Origin: an uncultured Desulfobulbia bacterium
GTDB taxonomy: Bacteria; Desulfobacterota; Desulfobulbia; Desulfobulbales; VMSU01
Assembly: GCA_964430285.1 (NCBI GenBank)
Contig: CAYSFY010000001.1
Location: 29,185 to 75,411 of the forward strand
DNA length: 46,227 bases
Direction of reading: 5' to 3'
The stretch's first letter is position 1, and the number at the start of each line of letters is the position of its first letter. This document shows, one piece after another, positions 18,575-31,971 of the stretch. Below the pieces are notes generated by a model. It did no database searches, was not told the origin of the DNA, and saw only the letters and a list, made by a program, of their open reading frames with translations. The translations under genes and the position numbers were made by a program.

Positions 18575-19765
18575 TTATTCTATGATCTTATTGATAACAC
18601 CAGCGCCAACGGTTCTGCCGCCCTCACGGATTGCAAATCGTAATCCCTCTGCCATAGCTATCGGTGTAATGAGAACTGCATCAATGGAGACATTATCTCC
18701 AGGCATTACCATCTCTACGCCCTCAGGAAGTGTAACAACCCCTGTCACATCCGTGGTCCTAAAGTAAAACTGTGGTCGATATCCATTAAAGAATGGGGTA
18801 TGACGCCCTCCCTCTTCCTTGGAGAGAATATAGCACTCAGCTTTGAATTTGGTATGTGGAGTGATACTCTTAGGTGCAGCTAAAACCTGTCCTCGTTCAA
18901 TATCTTCACGCTTTACGCCTCGAAGCAATATCCCGACATTATCACCTGCCATACCAGAGTCCAATGTTTTCCTGAACATCTCAACACCAGTTACTGTACT
19001 TTTTACAGTATCTCTAATGCCTACAATCTCAACCTCGTCACCAACGTTAATAACACCACGCTCTATTCTACCGGTAGCGACCGTTCCACGTCCAGATATA
19101 GAAAATACATCTTCTACCGGCATCAAAAATGGCTTGTCTACATCACGCTGAGGCTCTGGGATAAATGAATCAACTGCATCCATTAAATCCCAAATACATT
19201 TTGCATGAACAGGGTCATCAGGATTTTCAAGTGCCTTGAGTGCTGACCCCTGAATAATCGGAGTTGTGTCTCCTGGATAGTCATATTTGTCAAGGAGTTC
19301 ACGGAGTTCCATGTCGACAAGTTCAATCAATTCTGCGTCATCTACCATGTCACACTTGTTCAGGAAGACAACCATTGCCGGCACACCAACTTGACGCCCT
19401 AAGAGTATGTGCTCTCGGGTCTGGGGCATCGGACCATCATCAGCACCCACAACCAAAATCGCTCCATCCATTTGCGCAGCGCCGGTGATCATATTCTTAA
19501 TATAATCTGCATGACCAGGGCAATCGACATGGGCATAATGCCGCTTATCTGTCTGGTACTCCACATGTGCGGTAGCAATGGTGATACCACGCTCTTTCTC
19601 TTCAGGAGCTTTATCTATCTGATCAAAAGCTGTCGCTTCAGCATATCCTTTAGTTGCCAATACTCTTGTAATAGCGGAGGTCAATGTTGTTTTGCCATGA
19701 TCAATATGACCAATTGTACCAATATTGACATGTGGTTTCGTTCTTTGAAATTTTTGCTTAGCCAT
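18575..19765 (-). CDS. tuf: Elongation factor Tu (copy in the str operon)
   Basis: 396 aa with [14 protein letters not shown] and NKCD. C-terminus KIIE, stop TAA. Confidence 0.99.
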   Translation of the reverse strand: MAKQKFQRTKPHVNIGTIGHIDHGKTTLTSAITRVLATKGYAEATAFDQIDKAPEEKERGITIATAHVEYQTDKRHYAHVDCPGHADYIKNMITGAAQMDGAILVVGADDGPMPQTREHILLGRQVGVPAMVVFLNKCDMVDDAELIELVDMELRELLDKYDYPGDTTPIIQGSALKALENPDDPVHAKCIWDLMDAVDSFIPEPQRDVDKPFLMPVEDVFSISGRGTVATGRIERGVINVGDEVEIVGIRDTVKSTVTGVEMFRKTLDSGMAGDNVGILLRGVKREDIERGQVLAAPKSITPHTKFKAECYILSKEEGGRHTPFFNGYRPQFYFRTTDVTGVVTLPEGVEMVMPGDNVSIDAVLITPIAMAEGLRFAIREGGRTVGAGVINKIIE

Positions 19766-19803
19766 TGTTTTCCCTCATTATTTCTTCTTAATAAACTAAT
19801 ATA

Positions 19804-21885
19804 TTAAAGACCCCTAATTTTCTTAACAATTTGATCAGCGATTTTTGCTGGAATTTCTTCATAAGAAAAAAATTGCATGGAAAAGCTAGCACGACCTTGA
19901 GTAGCAGATCTCAGATCCGTTGAGTAGCCAAACATTTCAGCAAGAGGTACTTTGGCCTCAACTACTTGAAATCCCTGAGATTGTGATTCAATTCCATGAA
20001 TTTTAGATCGTTTTGTGTTAAGGTCATTAATTACATCCCCCAAATATTCATCAGGTACAACAACTTCCAGCTTCATCAATGGTTCAAGCAAAATAGGATG
20101 AGCAACTAAACTTGCGTTCCGCAATGCTATATTTGTAGCAACACCGAAAGCCTGAATCGTTGAATCCTCTTCATGGTAAGAGCCACCAATCAAATTCACC
20201 TGCACATCAACAACAGGACATCCTAGCATGTTTCCAGAGTCAAGTCCTGATTCAACACCTTTCTTAATGGCTATAACGAATTCTGATGGAATCTGTTCGT
20301 CTGTAACTTTAGATACAAATAAAAAACCAGCGCCACTAGGCAAGCCTTCAACTTCTAAAATTACATGCCCATATTGTGATTTGCTACCACCATGTGGCTC
20401 AAAATGACCTTCACCAATGCCCCGACCTCTCAATGTCTCTTTATACGAAACTTGAGGTTTTCCAATATTTGCTTCTACCTTAAAATCACGTATCAATCTA
20501 TCAACTATGATTTCCAGATGTAATTCCCCCATACCGGATATTAGCGTTTGTCCAGTATCTTCATGCATTGATATCTTGAATGAGGGATCTTCAAGGGCAA
20601 TTTTTGCTAAACTATCGTGAAGTTTTTCTTCGTCGGCTTTTCCCTTTGGTTCTATAGCTATACTGATTACAGGTTCAGGAAAATCGATATTTTCTAATAT
20701 TATTGTATCACCTTTTTCACACAAGGTATCTCCCGTAGTAGAAAAACGCAATCCAACCAATGCAGCAATATCACCCGCACAAAGTTCTTTGATCTCTTCA
20801 CGTTTATTTGCGTGCATTCTTAAGATCTTGCTAATCTTTTCCTGTTTGGCCTTGGTAGAGTTATATACTTTATCTCCGGTTTTAAGCTGACCAGAGTAAA
20901 TACGCACATACGCCAAGTTACCAACATATGAATCAGATACAATCTTAAAAGCCAAAGCGCAAAGCTTTTCACTATCGGTGAATTTAAGATTAAAGTCCCT
21001 TCCTTCAGTATCTACCCCAATTATCGGAGGTACATCCTGAGGAGAGGGTAAATATGAGACTATTGCATCCAATAATGGCTGAATGCCCTTATTCTTAAAT
21101 GCACTACCACACAAAACGGGTACTACATCCAATTGCAATGTTGCTTTACGTAATGCCTGTCGTAATTCAGTGGGAGATACAGGCTTTTCTTCTATAAATT
21201 TTTCCATGACCCCATCATCGAAGTCGGCCAGCTTCTCGATAAGGGTCATATGTGCAGCCGCGAAAATGTTTGAATAATCTTTAGATATTGGCTTCTCAAT
21301 TACTAATGAGCCCTGTGAATCCTCATCAAAATAGAGCATTTTTCTCTCTATCAGATCAATTACTCCCTCATAGGATTCTTCGATGCCAATCGGAACTTGA
21401 ATTGCAACAGGTTGAGCACCAAGTCTTGTCTTTATCATGCTGAGGCAGCGCTCAAAGTTTGCGCCAACCCTATCCATTTTATTGATAAAAACAATTCTGG
21501 GAATTTTATATTTATTGGCTTGCCGCCAAACTGTTTCAGTTTGAGGCTCAACTCCACCTACTGCACATATTACAGCTACGGCTCCATCTAAAACTCTTAA
21601 ACACCGTTCAACTTCAATTGTAAAGTCAACATGCCCAGGTGTATCTATAATATTTAATTGATGGTTTTGCCAGATACAGGAAGTTGCTGCTGAGGTAATC
21701 GTAATCCCTCTCTCCTGTTCTTGTTCCATCCAGTCCATGACAGCCGTACCATCATGAACCTCACCAATCTTATATGAACGACCTGTATAATAAAGTATTC
21801 GTTCAGTAGTGGTAGTTTTCCCCGCATCAATATGGGCCATTATCCCAAGATTACGAAGCTCATCCAAACGGTACTTTACCGTCAC
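19804..21885 (-). CDS. fusA: Elongation factor G
   Basis: 693 aa with [21 protein letters not shown] and GELHLEI. GTG start at 21885 with AAGGAA upstream. Confidence 0.96.
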   Translation of the reverse strand: MTVKYRLDELRNLGIMAHIDAGKTTTTERILYYTGRSYKIGEVHDGTAVMDWMEQEQERGITITSAATSCIWQNHQLNIIDTPGHVDFTIEVERCLRVLDGAVAVICAVGGVEPQTETVWRQANKYKIPRIVFINKMDRVGANFERCLSMIKTRLGAQPVAIQVPIGIEESYEGVIDLIERKMLYFDEDSQGSLVIEKPISKDYSNIFAAAHMTLIEKLADFDDGVMEKFIEEKPVSPTELRQALRKATLQLDVVPVLCGSAFKNKGIQPLLDAIVSYLPSPQDVPPIIGVDTEGRDFNLKFTDSEKLCALAFKIVSDSYVGNLAYVRIYSGQLKTGDKVYNSTKAKQEKISKILRMHANKREEIKELCAGDIAALVGLRFSTTGDTLCEKGDTIILENIDFPEPVISIAIEPKGKADEEKLHDSLAKIALEDPSFKISMHEDTGQTLISGMGELHLEIIVDRLIRDFKVEANIGKPQVSYKETLRGRGIGEGHFEPHGGSKSQYGHVILEVEGLPSGAGFLFVSKVTDEQIPSEFVIAIKKGVESGLDSGNMLGCPVVDVQVNLIGGSYHEEDSTIQAFGVATNIALRNASLVAHPILLEPLMKLEVVVPDEYLGDVINDLNTKRSKIHGIESQSQGFQVVEAKVPLAEMFGYSTDLRSATQGRASFSMQFFSYEEIPAKIADQIVKKIRGL

Positions 21886-21997
21886 AATTGATTCCTTTTA
21901 GTGCTGATCTTCACAAATGGCAACCTGGACAACAAAAACAAAAAAATATAATCCAACATCAGAAGATTGTCAACAATGAAATAAATTAAGAATAGAA

Positions 21998-22471
21998 TTA
22001 CCAGCGATAATGAGCAAAGGCCTTATTAGCATCAGCCATCTTATGCGTGTCTTCTCGCTTCTTTACTGCGGCTCCACGATTGTTGAAGGCATCATTCAGT
22101 TCAGCTGCTAATTTCTCAGCCATTGAATGACCAGATCGTTTTTGGGCATATGTCGTTATCCAACGCATAGCCAGTGCATTTCGACGTTCAGGTCTTACCT
22201 CAACCGGAACTTGATAAGTGGCACCACCAACACGACGAGATTTCACCTCAACTCGTGGTCGAACTGACTCCATTGCCTTATCAAATATTTCAATCGGATT
22301 CCCTTCCTTAATCCTCTCAGCAATGATTTCCATGGCACCATAAAACACACTACGAGCCACATTTTTTTTCCCATCAAGCATGAGCTGATTAATAAACTTG
22401 GATACCAGCACACTTTTATATCTGGCATCTGGTGCTATTGTCCTTTTGGCAACTGTTTTACGTCTTGGCAT
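21998..22471 (-). CDS. rpsG: 30S ribosomal protein S7
   Basis: The canonical start [10 protein letters not shown] is ATG 22471. The track adds 6 residues (to 22489). Confidence 0.96.
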   Translation of the reverse strand: MPRRKTVAKRTIAPDARYKSVLVSKFINQLMLDGKKNVARSVFYGAMEIIAERIKEGNPIEIFDKAMESVRPRVEVKSRRVGGATYQVPVEVRPERRNALAMRWITTYAQKRSGHSMAEKLAAELNDAFNNRGAAVKKREDTHKMADANKAFAHYRW

Positions 22472-22503
22472 TCTTTTTTCCTCACACACTAATCAATGAA
22501 TAT

Positions 22504-22875
22504 CTATTTGGGACGCTTTGTTCCGTATTTAGAACGGCTCTGTTTACGGTTGGCTACCCCGAGGGTATCCAGAGTACCTCGAATGATATGATACCTCACA
22601 CCAGGCAGGTCCTTAACTCTACCTCCCCGAATCATAACAACAGAATGTTCTTGAAGATTATGACCAACCCCTGGAATATATGAAGTAACTTCCATTCCAT
22701 TGGTAAGTCGGACCCTAGCAACTTTACGCAAGGCTGAGTTAGGCTTTTTAGGGGTTGTCGTATATACACGAACACATACGCCCCGTTTTTGTGGGCATCC
22801 TTTCAGGGCTGGGGTTGTTGCCCTGCTGCTCATCTTCTTTCTACCTTGCCGTACCAATTGATTGATGGTTGGCAT
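22504..22875 (-). CDS. rpsL: 30S ribosomal protein S12
   Basis: [14 protein letters not shown]... and [16 protein letters not shown]. Confidence 0.98.
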   Translation of the reverse strand: MPTINQLVRQGRKKMSSRATTPALKGCPQKRGVCVRVYTTTPKKPNSALRKVARVRLTNGMEVTSYIPGVGHNLQEHSVVMIRGGRVKDLPGVRYHIIRGTLDTLGVANRKQSRSKYGTKRPK

Positions 22876-22944
22876 TGAAATACTCCTCTATTCGATTTAA
22901 AACGTTTAACGGGCAATGGTGCCCAAGTTATTGCAAAAAAAGGT

Positions 22945-22973
22945 TTAATACTCGACGGTCTTGTTTCTGTCAA
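22945..22973 (-). promoter_or_regulatory. Candidate sigma70-type promoter of the str operon
   Basis: The minus strand reads TTGACA (22973-22968), a 17-nt spacer, then TATTAA (22950-22945). This is about 70 nt upstream of the rpsL ATG, just after the rpoC stop. Confidence 0.5.
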
Positions 22974-22987
22974 GCAATATGTTAGGG

Positions 22988-25900
22988 CTAATCAAACTGA
23001 CTATACTCTTTGCGCCCGGAACCGGCTGGAATGAGTCGGCCCATGATGACATTCTCTTTTAGACCAGTTAAATGATCGATTCTTCCCGCCATAGCTGCAT
23101 TGGTCAAAACCTTTGTTGTCTCCTGAAAGGAAGCAGCGGAAATAAAGCTATCAGTGCTCAGCGAGGCCTTTGTAACGCCCAAGAGAAGAGGTTCTGCGTG
23201 TGCGGGTTGACCACCTTCCTTCATGATCTTGTCGTTTTCTTCTTGAAATCTCCACCACTCAACCTGCTCACCCAGCATAAAGATAGAATCACCAACACCT
23301 GTAATGGTGACCCGACGTAGCATCTGTCGAACAATGACCTCAATATGTTTGTCATTAATTTTAACGCCTTGAAGGCGATATACTTCCTGAATTTCATTAA
23401 CTAAGAACTTAGCCAACTCTTTAACTCCCATAACTCTTAAGATATCATTGGGTGCTGGAGATCCATCCATAAGCGGTTCACCTGCTTTTACGTAATCCCC
23501 CTCATGCACACTGATATGCTTCCCTTTAGGGATTGCATACTCTTTTGCTTCTCCCATCTCAGGAGTGACTACAACTCTCTTTTTCCCCTTAGTATCCTTA
23601 CCATAACTAACTTGTCCGTCTATCTCAGAAATGACCGCATATTCCTTCGGAGTCCGCACCTCAAATAATTCAGCAACTCGGGGCAGACCCCCGGTGATAT
23701 CTTTTGTTTTTGTGGTCTCACGTGGTATTTTACCTATAACGCTACCTGGACCGATCTCTTGCCCTTCCTGAACAGTAACAATAGTCCCAACCGGTAGTGA
23801 ATAACGGGCAATGGTCCCAGTTTTTGGTAATTTCACCCCGCGTCCATCCTTATCCTTTAACGATATACGAGGGTTGAGATTGCTATGCCGTGACTGCATG
23901 ATAACAAAACTTGATTTGCCGGTTATGGGATCAAGTTTTTCCTGCATGGTCACCCCCTCCTGGATATCCCCAAATTTCACAATGCCGCCCACCTCACAAA
24001 CAATGGGTATGGTATAGGGATCCCAATCAGCTACCATAGTGTCGGGTGGGACCTCGTCGCCATCATTAAAATGGAGTTGTGCTCCATAGTTTACTGGGTA
24101 TCTCTCACGTTCTCTGCCCTTTGGACCAAATATACTTATCTCCCCGTTACGGTTCATCACAACCAAATTGCCATCAGCCCCAGCAACGGTATGTAATCCA
24201 TGGAGCCTAATAATACCACCGTGCTTGGTCCTTACTTCTGCGACTTCTGCACTTCTGCTGGCTGTACCACCGATATGAAAGGTACGCATAGTGAGCTGTG
24301 TTCCCGGCTCACCTATGGATTGGGCGGCAATAATACCGACTGCTTCACCCTGATTAACCATATGTCCGCGTCCCAGATCACGGCCGTAACATTTGGCACA
24401 AACGCCACGCTTGGATTGGCAAGTCAAAACAGATCTAATTTTTACCCGGTCAATACCGGCCTTATCAATTAATTCAACCTCACTCTCGGTAATTTCTTCA
24501 TTGGTCCGCACTAGCAGAGTGTCAGTATAAGGATCCAAAATGTCATCAAGGGCAACCCTGCCCAAAATCCTATCTCCCACATGTTGGATTACCTCACCAC
24601 CTTCCATCAATGGTTCAGCCTCAATCCCATCCAGAGTCCCACAATCGCGTTCAATGATAGTAGAGTCTTGCGCCACATCGACTAAGCGTCGCGTTAAATA
24701 CCCGGAGTTGGCAGTCTTCAAGGCGGTATCGGCTAATCCCTTACGAGCCCCATGTGTCGATATGAAATATTCAAGCACACTCAGGCCTTCACGGAAATTG
24801 GCTTTGATCGGCGATTCGATAATGGCACCTGAGGGCTTGGCCATCAATCCGCGCATCCCGGCAAGCTGCCTGATCTGATCCTTCGAACCTCGCGCGCCAG
24901 AGTCAGCCATAACAAAAATAGAATTGAAACTCGGTGTTTCAATCAATTTATTGTCCGCATCCCTTAAGTATTCGACGCTAAGTTCCTTCATCATCTCCTG
25001 AGCTACCTCGTCCGTGGTCCGTGACCAAATATCCACCATTTTATTATACTTCTCGCCTGCTGTAACCAAACCATCTGCATACTGCCTTTCAACTTCCAAT
25101 ACCGATTGAGTGGCCTTGCCAATCAAGTCCTCCTTGCTCACAGGTATCTTCATATCATTGATACAAATTGAAATAGCGGATGATGTGGCATACTCATACC
25201 CCATGTCCTTCAGACGGTCGGTGAGTAATACCGTATCCTTTGTTCCAGCGTGCCTATAGGTATAGTCAATTAACTTGGCAAGTTCCTTCTTTGTGAGGAC
25301 CTTATTTATCTGATCAAAAGGAACTGTCTCAGGCAGAAGCTCTGAAAGGAGTATCCGTCCCACAGTGGTTTCAATAATTTGTCCGTCAATTCTTACCTTA
25401 ATTTTCGCCTGCATGTTGATTGATTTGTGATCGTAAGCAATACGGGCTTCTGCAGGACATGAGAATAAGCTTCCCTCACCTTTTGCCAACGGTCTAATCC
25501 TACTCAGATAATACAAACCAAGAACAATATCCTGGGACGGAACAATGACTGGCTCTCCGTTTGCAGGAGAAAGAATATTATTCGTCGACATCATCAAGAC
25601 ACGAGCCTCAAGCTGAGCCTCGACGGTCAAAGGAAGATGAACAGCCATCTGATCACCGTCAAAGTCAGCATTAAAGGCGGAACAAACCAGAGGATGAAGT
25701 TGTATCGCCTTGCCTTCAATCAATACGGGTTCAAAAGCCTGCATGCCAAGACGATGCAAAGTTGGTGCACGATTGAGGATCACCGGAAACTCATTGACAA
25801 CCTCGTCCAAAACGTCCCATACCTCTTTAACACCTTTCTCCACCATCTTACGGGCACTCTTGATCGTAGTCACGTAGCCATGCTGCTCAAGTTTATTGTA

Positions 25901-27043
25901 GATAAAGGGCTTAAAGAGCTCAAGCGCCATTTTTTTCGGCAAACCGCATTGATGCAGGCGTAAATGTGGTCCAACAACGATTACAGTACGTCCTGAGTAG
26001 TCAACGCGTTTCCCTAGAAGATTTTGACGAAAACGTCCTTGCTTGCCCTTAAGCATATCACTTAATGACTTCAATGGGCGCTTGTTGGAACCTGTAATAA
26101 CCTTGCCTCGCCTACCGTTATCAAAAAGGACGTCCACAGCCTCTTGAAGCATCCGTTTTTCATTGCGGATGATAATCTCTGGTGCGTCTAGCTCAAGAAG
26201 TCGTTTTAACCGATTGTTTCGATTTATAACCCTACGATAGAGATCATTTAAATCTGAGGTGGCAAACCGACCGCCTTCTAGTGGGACCAACGGCCTCAAA
26301 TCAGGAGGAAGCACAGGTATTACATCCAGAATCATCCATTCTGGTCGGTTATCGGAATCCCTGAAGGCCTCTACTACGTTAAGCCTTTTGGCCAGTTTTT
26401 TACGCTTAGCATCAGAACTGGTTGTTTTCATCTCCTCTCGCAGAGAGACGGAAAGTGCTTGCAGGTCATGGTTGTGAAGCATATCCTTAATGGCAGCCGC
26501 CCCTATACCCACGGTAAATTTTTCCCCAAAATCTGTCCTGGCCTGACGATACATATCCTCATTAAGCAAGGTACCAATAGTCAAACTAGGTTCATCTGAC
26601 CGCACGACAACATAAGAGTCGAAATACAAAACTTTTTCCAACTCCTTCAAGGTCATATCTAGCATATTGCCAATTTTACTTGGCAGACTCTTCAAAAACC
26701 AGATATGGGCAACAGGTGCGGCTAGTTTGATATGACCAAGACGTTCACGTCGAACCTTGGACTGGATTACTTCAACACCGCATTTTTCACAAACGACCCC
26801 ACGGTGTTTCATCCTCTTATATTTGCCGCAATTACACTCGTAGTCCTTGACCGGGCCAAATATTTTGGCACAGAATAATCCATCGCGCTCCGGCTTAAAC
26901 GTCCGGTAATTAATGGTCTCTGGTTTCAGGACCTCCCCATGCGACCAGTCCATAATTTTCTCTGGAGAGGCAATTGAAATTCGTACCGAATTAAAATTTA
27001 CCGGCGCCTTTGCTTTGGAAAAAAAACTAAAAAGTTCGTCCAC
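22988..27043 (-). CDS. rpoC: DNA-directed RNA polymerase subunit beta'
   Basis: 1351 aa with catalytic [12 protein letters not shown] and the N-terminal zinc motif [23 protein letters not shown] start. Confidence 0.99.
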   Translation of the reverse strand: MDELFSFFSKAKAPVNFNSVRISIASPEKIMDWSHGEVLKPETINYRTFKPERDGLFCAKIFGPVKDYECNCGKYKRMKHRGVVCEKCGVEVIQSKVRRERLGHIKLAAPVAHIWFLKSLPSKIGNMLDMTLKELEKVLYFDSYVVVRSDEPSLTIGTLLNEDMYRQARTDFGEKFTVGIGAAAIKDMLHNHDLQALSVSLREEMKTTSSDAKRKKLAKRLNVVEAFRDSDNRPEWMILDVIPVLPPDLRPLVPLEGGRFATSDLNDLYRRVINRNNRLKRLLELDAPEIIIRNEKRMLQEAVDVLFDNGRRGKVITGSNKRPLKSLSDMLKGKQGRFRQNLLGKRVDYSGRTVIVVGPHLRLHQCGLPKKMALELFKPFIYNKLEQHGYVTTIKSARKMVEKGVKEVWDVLDEVVNEFPVILNRAPTLHRLGMQAFEPVLIEGKAIQLHPLVCSAFNADFDGDQMAVHLPLTVEAQLEARVLMMSTNNILSPANGEPVIVPSQDIVLGLYYLSRIRPLAKGEGSLFSCPAEARIAYDHKSINMQAKIKVRIDGQIIETTVGRILLSELLPETVPFDQINKVLTKKELAKLIDYTYRHAGTKDTVLLTDRLKDMGYEYATSSAISICINDMKIPVSKEDLIGKATQSVLEVERQYADGLVTAGEKYNKMVDIWSRTTDEVAQEMMKELSVEYLRDADNKLIETPSFNSIFVMADSGARGSKDQIRQLAGMRGLMAKPSGAIIESPIKANFREGLSVLEYFISTHGARKGLADTALKTANSGYLTRRLVDVAQDSTIIERDCGTLDGIEAEPLMEGGEVIQHVGDRILGRVALDDILDPYTDTLLVRTNEEITESEVELIDKAGIDRVKIRSVLTCQSKRGVCAKCYGRDLGRGHMVNQGEAVGIIAAQSIGEPGTQLTMRTFHIGGTASRSAEVAEVRTKHGGIIRLHGLHTVAGADGNLVVMNRNGEISIFGPKGRERERYPVNYGAQLHFNDGDEVPPDTMVADWDPYTIPIVCEVGGIVKFGDIQEGVTMQEKLDPITGKSSFVIMQSRHSNLNPRISLKDKDGRGVKLPKTGTIARYSLPVGTIVTVQEGQEIGPGSVIGKIPRETTKTKDITGGLPRVAELFEVRTPKEYAVISEIDGQVSYGKDTKGKKRVVVTPEMGEAKEYAIPKGKHISVHEGDYVKAGEPLMDGSPAPNDILRVMGVKELAKFLVNEIQEVYRLQGVKINDKHIEVIVRQMLRRVTITGVGDSIFMLGEQVEWWRFQEENDKIMKEGGQPAHAEPLLLGVTKASLSTDSFISAASFQETTKVLTNAAMAGRIDHLTGLKENVIMGRLIPAGSGRKEYSQFD

Positions 27044-27212
27044 GGCACACCCCTATTTCTTAATATTTTTACGGTCAACCGACAAGCGTCACTTATTCAC
27101 CCTGCCTTGTCTCATTTTAATTGAAGGCATTCAAGAATGAATTATGAATTTACAGTACGGTTTAAATCATCACATATAATTCAAACTCTAAATTCTTTAT
27201 GGTGGAGAAATT

Positions 27213-30200
27213 TTATTCGTCAAGCAACTCCATATCCAAACAAAGCCCCTGAAGCTCCTTTACCAGGACATAAAATGATTCGGGCAATCCTGCTTCCAGA
27301 AAGTTGTTGCCCTTGACAATCTTCTCGTACATCTTTGTTCGCCCTCCGACATCGTCGGACTTTACGGTAAGAAATTCCTGTAAGGTGTATGCGGCGCCAT
27401 AGGCCTCCATAGCCCAAACTTCCATCTCACCTAATCGTTGTCCACCAAACTGGGCCTTTCCACCAAGTGGCTGTTGGGTAACCAGAGAGTATGGCCCTGT
27501 AGAGCGAGCATGAATTTTGTCATCGACAAGATGATGGAGCTTGATAATATACATAGTGCCGACGGTGATTGGGTTTTCAAACTGATCACCAGTCAATCCA
27601 TCATAGAGATAGCTCTGACCAACTTCACTCATTCCAGACTCTACAAGAAGTGAACGAATTTCAGACTCCTGCGCACCATCAAAGACGGGCGTAGCCATGT
27701 GCAGACCAGTTCTCATCTTCCTGGTCATATCCAATATGTCCTGATCGCTCATGCCATCGGTGAGCAATTTATATTCAGCCTTAGAGTAGATCTTTTTAAG
27801 CTTCTCCTTGACAGCTTTAATCTCTTGTCGCCTACCAAAATCATAAAGTTGTTCTCCTAATCTCTTAGCTGCAAGACCAAGATGGGTTTCAAGCACTTGA
27901 CCTACATTCATTCGAGAAGGTACACCTAACGGATTAAGGACGATATCTACTGGTGTTCCATCAGCGAAGTAGGGCATATCCTCTTCAGGAAGAATCCTGG
28001 AGACAACGCCTTTATTCCCATGACGACCAGCCATTTTATCCCCTACCGACAGTTTCCGTTTCTTGGCAACGTAAATCTTGACCATTTTAATGACCCCAGG
28101 CGGAAGGTCATCGCCCTTACGCAACCGTTCAATCCTGGCTTCGTAGCGTTTTTTAACCTCCTTGGCCTGACTCTCATACCGTTCAAAAATGAGATCAATC
28201 TCACCCTTATAGGTCGAACTCTCAGTAAAGGAGATCTTCCTAATCGCATTCAAACGCAACAGAATAAGGGCCTCTCGAGTTATAGCTTCATCCTTCTTTA
28301 TCAAAACTTCTGATTTTTTTGTTATAATATCGGCGCTCGCTTTTTTCCCCTCAAGGATATCCGCCAAGCTGTTAAGAACACCATTTTCCAAACAATCCAG
28401 CTCATCATTCATATCCTTATTAAGGCGTACAATCTCCATCTCTTCAATGGAGAGCGCTCGATCATCCTTCTCAACCCCTTTTCGCGAAAAAACTTTTGCG
28501 TCAATGACGACACCTTCTATTCCCGGGGGAACCCGCAAGGATGTGTCCTTGACATCACCAGCCTTCTCGCCAAAAATGGCCCGAAGTAATTTTTCTTCAG
28601 GAGATAACTGAGTCTCACCCTTTGGTGTGACCTTGCCAACTAATGTATCACCGGCTTTGACTACGGCACCAATACGAACAATTCCAGACTCGTCAAGATT
28701 TCGTAGTGCCTCCTCACTGACATTGGGGATATCCCTCGAAATTTCTTCCTTACCCAATTTTGTGTCACGAGCGACTGTTTCAAAGACTTCAATGTGGATT
28801 GAAGTATACGTATCATCCTTGATAAGGCGTTCACTGATCAAAATGGAGTCTTCAAAGTTATAGCCGCGCCAGGGCATGAAAGCCATGGTAACATTCTTCC
28901 CCAAGGCTAACTCTCCCATTTCAGTAGCAGGACCATCGGCCAGCACCTCACCTTTGGCTACCCTCTGCATCGGTAAAACTAAAGGTCGCTGGGTAAAACA
29001 GGTATTCTGGTTTGATTTTCTGTACTTATCAAGACGATAAATTCCAACTCCGGCACTAAATCCATCAGTTCCAGGTTCGTCATAACGAATAACAACGCGG
29101 TTCGCATCAACTTCTTCAACTACGCCAGGTCCAGCTGCCAGCAAACAAACACCAGAATCCTGAGCTACCGTCCTCTCTAGACCAGTGCCTACCAAAGGAG
29201 CTGCAGTCCTGAGCAAAGGAACCCCTTGGCGTTGCATGTTTGATCCCATCAGAGCACGGTTTGCATCATCATTCTCAAGAAAAGGAATCAGGGATGTAGC
29301 TACGCTGACCAACTGATTAGGAGATACATCAAGATGTGTGATGTCATCAGCCTTAACGTTAACAACTTCACCATCCGTTCTAGCAATCAACATGTCGTTA
29401 ACAATTCGACCATTCTTGTCCAGCTCGGTCTGAGCCGGAGCGATTACCATATCATGTTCGGCAATAGCATTATAATATTGTACATCACCAGTAATTTTTC
29501 GATTTTCTATTCTTCGATAGGGTGTTTCAATAAATCCAAACTCATTCACATGAGCGTACGCGGCAAGCGAAACTATCAAACCTATGTTAGGACCTTCAGG
29601 CGTTTCTACAGGGCAAATCCTTCCATAATGTGTTGGGTGAACATCGCGAACCTCAAAGCCTGCACGCTCACGGGAGAGTCCTCCTGGCCCCAAGGCACTC
29701 AAGCGTCGTTTGTGTGTAACCTCGGAAAGAGGGTTGGTCTGATCCATGAACTGGGAGAGCTGGCTAGTACCAAAAAATTCTTTTATGGCAGATGTAATGG
29801 GCTTAGGATTGATCAAGTCATGTGGCATCAGGGTCTCAACTTCTTGCAGGCTCATTCGCTCCTTAATAGCCCTTTCCATTCTGACTAAACCGACACGATA
29901 CTGGTTTTCGACCAACTCACCAATAGTCCTAACCCTACGGTTCCCCAGGTGATCAATGTCATCCACGGGTCCCTGAGCATCTTTCAAACGGACCAACTGA
30001 CGGATCGAAAGAATAATATCCTCTCTCGTTAATGTACGGATATTAATATCCGTATTCATCCCCAATTTGGCATTGATCTTAAACCGACCAACCTCTGAAA
30101 GGTCATATGTATCAGGATTAAAGAAAAGCCCATCAAAAAAATTGGTGGCCACATCTACAGTTGGAGGACTACTTGGTCGTAATCGTCTGTATATCTCGAG

Positions 30201-31301
30201 CAGGGCCTCCTCAGAAGTGTTGACTTTGTCTAAGGCCAAAGTCTTACGAAAGGAATCTGTAAATTTAATGCCATCAATAAAAAGAGTGGTAAACGATGAA
30301 ATTCCAGCGGTAAGTATAGAAGTGAGAGCGCCTTCAGTAAGTTCACCATTACAGGGAACAATAACCTCTCCCGTTGATTGGTTGACGATATCCTGTGAAA
30401 CAATCTGTCCAATAAGGGTCGTCGGTTCAATCTCGATGCGCTCAAAACCGGATTCAGCAATTTTCTTGGCCAGGGATTTGCCAATTTTACGATTTTGTTT
30501 AACAAGCACCTCTCCAGTAGCGGGATGAATAATGTCATGCAATGCCCGTTGACCAACAGCCAACTCTTCATTGAATGATTTATAGTACTTTTCATCTGCA
30601 AGTATGACCTTTTCAGTAGGATAGAAAAAGCTAAGCAGATCATCAGCGCTTTGGCCCAGGGCTTTAAGGAGAGTGGTAACAGGAAACTTACGTCTGCGAT
30701 CAATGCGCACGTACAATACGTCTTTGGCATCGAACTCTAAATCAATCCATGAACCGCGAACAGGGATAATCCGTGCTGAATACAACAACTTACCCATAGA
30801 ATGATTCTTGCCCTCATCGTGAGCATAAAAAAGCCCTGGTGAACGCTGGAGCTGACTAACGATAACACGTTCAGTGCCATTAACAACAAATACGCCCGCC
30901 TTCGTCATAAGCGGAAGACTACCGAGGTAAACGGATTGTTCTTTAATGTCTCGAATACTTTTTACTTCTGTTTCTGGATCAACATCAAAGGTAATCAGGC
31001 GAACAGTAATCTTAATGGGCACTTCATAAGTCATCCCACGCTCAATACACTCTTCAACCGTATATTTTGGTTCTCCAAATATATACCGAACAAACTCGAG
31101 GGAACAGGCTCCATTAAAATCTTCAATGGGGAATATATTTTTGAAAATCCCTTGCAGTCCGATATCAGCACGATCATCTGGATCAACATCAATTTGCAAG
31201 AATTTTTCATATGACAGTTGCTGCATCTCAATAAGATGCGGTTTCTCAATAGCCTCACCAATCTTGGCAAAACTCTTCCTAACTCTTTTCATCATCTTCA
31301 T
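27213..31301 (-). CDS. rpoB: DNA-directed RNA polymerase subunit beta
   Basis: 1362 aa with [15 protein letters not shown] and the NMQRQ motif region. Confidence 0.99.
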   Translation of the reverse strand: MKMMKRVRKSFAKIGEAIEKPHLIEMQQLSYEKFLQIDVDPDDRADIGLQGIFKNIFPIEDFNGACSLEFVRYIFGEPKYTVEECIERGMTYEVPIKITVRLITFDVDPETEVKSIRDIKEQSVYLGSLPLMTKAGVFVVNGTERVIVSQLQRSPGLFYAHDEGKNHSMGKLLYSARIIPVRGSWIDLEFDAKDVLYVRIDRRRKFPVTTLLKALGQSADDLLSFFYPTEKVILADEKYYKSFNEELAVGQRALHDIIHPATGEVLVKQNRKIGKSLAKKIAESGFERIEIEPTTLIGQIVSQDIVNQSTGEVIVPCNGELTEGALTSILTAGISSFTTLFIDGIKFTDSFRKTLALDKVNTSEEALLEIYRRLRPSSPPTVDVATNFFDGLFFNPDTYDLSEVGRFKINAKLGMNTDINIRTLTREDIILSIRQLVRLKDAQGPVDDIDHLGNRRVRTIGELVENQYRVGLVRMERAIKERMSLQEVETLMPHDLINPKPITSAIKEFFGTSQLSQFMDQTNPLSEVTHKRRLSALGPGGLSRERAGFEVRDVHPTHYGRICPVETPEGPNIGLIVSLAAYAHVNEFGFIETPYRRIENRKITGDVQYYNAIAEHDMVIAPAQTELDKNGRIVNDMLIARTDGEVVNVKADDITHLDVSPNQLVSVATSLIPFLENDDANRALMGSNMQRQGVPLLRTAAPLVGTGLERTVAQDSGVCLLAAGPGVVEEVDANRVVIRYDEPGTDGFSAGVGIYRLDKYRKSNQNTCFTQRPLVLPMQRVAKGEVLADGPATEMGELALGKNVTMAFMPWRGYNFEDSILISERLIKDDTYTSIHIEVFETVARDTKLGKEEISRDIPNVSEEALRNLDESGIVRIGAVVKAGDTLVGKVTPKGETQLSPEEKLLRAIFGEKAGDVKDTSLRVPPGIEGVVIDAKVFSRKGVEKDDRALSIEEMEIVRLNKDMNDELDCLENGVLNSLADILEGKKASADIITKKSEVLIKKDEAITREALILLRLNAIRKISFTESSTYKGEIDLIFERYESQAKEVKKRYEARIERLRKGDDLPPGVIKMVKIYVAKKRKLSVGDKMAGRHGNKGVVSRILPEEDMPYFADGTPVDIVLNPLGVPSRMNVGQVLETHLGLAAKRLGEQLYDFGRRQEIKAVKEKLKKIYSKAEYKLLTDGMSDQDILDMTRKMRTGLHMATPVFDGAQESEIRSLLVESGMSEVGQSYLYDGLTGDQFENPITVGTMYIIKLHHLVDDKIHARSTGPYSLVTQQPLGGKAQFGGQRLGEMEVWAMEAYGAAYTLQEFLTVKSDDVGGRTKMYEKIVKGNNFLEAGLPESFYVLVKELQGLCLDMELLDE

Positions 31302-31427
31302 TACAGACCTGTCCTCGCCATTTGTTCAACAGGAAAACCAGCGCTGATACAATAGATAACCAACTGTTTTTCCCACCAAAAATTCTTATCCAATTGTTCG
31401 GTTACGTTTTTGGCTAAATATTATATG

Positions 31428-31473
31428 CAAAAACGCACTAAAACGTTACGGTATCCCGCAACGTTTTAGTGCG
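31428..31473 (-). terminator. rplL-rpoB intergenic attenuator/terminator hairpin
   Basis: The minus strand reads CGCACTAAAACGTT-12 nt-AACGTTTTAGTGCG (a perfect 14-bp stem at 31473-31460 and 31447-31434) followed by TTTTTG. The position matches the known partial terminator between rplL and rpoB in other bacteria. Confidence 0.7.
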
Positions 31474-31528
31474 ACAAAATATGCCTTATCTCCATATACA
31501 GGATAAAGGCATTACTATAAAATAAAAT

Positions 31529-31906
31529 CTACTTGATTTCTACAGTACCACCAGCAGCCTCAATTTTTGACTTAATATCAGCGGCTTCTTCCTTACTGAC
31601 ACCCTCTTTAATCGGTGAAGGAGCACCTTCAACCATATCCTTAGCCTCCTTAAGGCCAAGAGATGTAATTGCGCGTACCTCTTTAATTACCTGTATCTTT
31701 TTTTCTCCACCTGATTTAAGAATTACATCAAACTCTGTCTTTTCCTCAACAGGTGCAGCCACGGCAGCAGGACCGGCTGCTGCAACAGCAACAGGTGCAG
31801 CAGCGCTAACACCAAATTTTTCTTCCATTTCTTTAATCAGTTCTGAAAGCTCAAGAACAGTCATATTTGCGATAAAATCGATTACTTCTTGTTTGGATAC
31901 AGCCAT
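31529..31906 (-). CDS. rplL: 50S ribosomal protein L7/L12
   Basis: 125 aa with an Ala/Pro-rich hinge and C-terminus [11 protein letters not shown]...[11 protein letters not shown]. Confidence 0.97.
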   Translation of the reverse strand: MAVSKQEVIDFIANMTVLELSELIKEMEEKFGVSAAAPVAVAAAGPAAVAAPVEEKTEFDVILKSGGEKKIQVIKEVRAITSLGLKEAKDMVEGAPSPIKEGVSKEEAADIKSKIEAAGGTVEIK

Positions 31907-31971
31907 GTCAATTCCTCCTGATTATTCAATCTTGTCGTTTTAATACGACAGGTCTCATAAATTATTTTAAA

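Noticed and set aside
27220-31347. Multiple 60-185-aa ORFs in alternative frames within rpoB (for example 29334-29888 +, 30230-30730 -), with similar ORFs inside rpoC, secY, fusA, qmoB and aprA
   Set aside because: All lie nested within long, unambiguously identified genes. Their translations are low-complexity or Ser/Leu/Ile-rich frame shadows.
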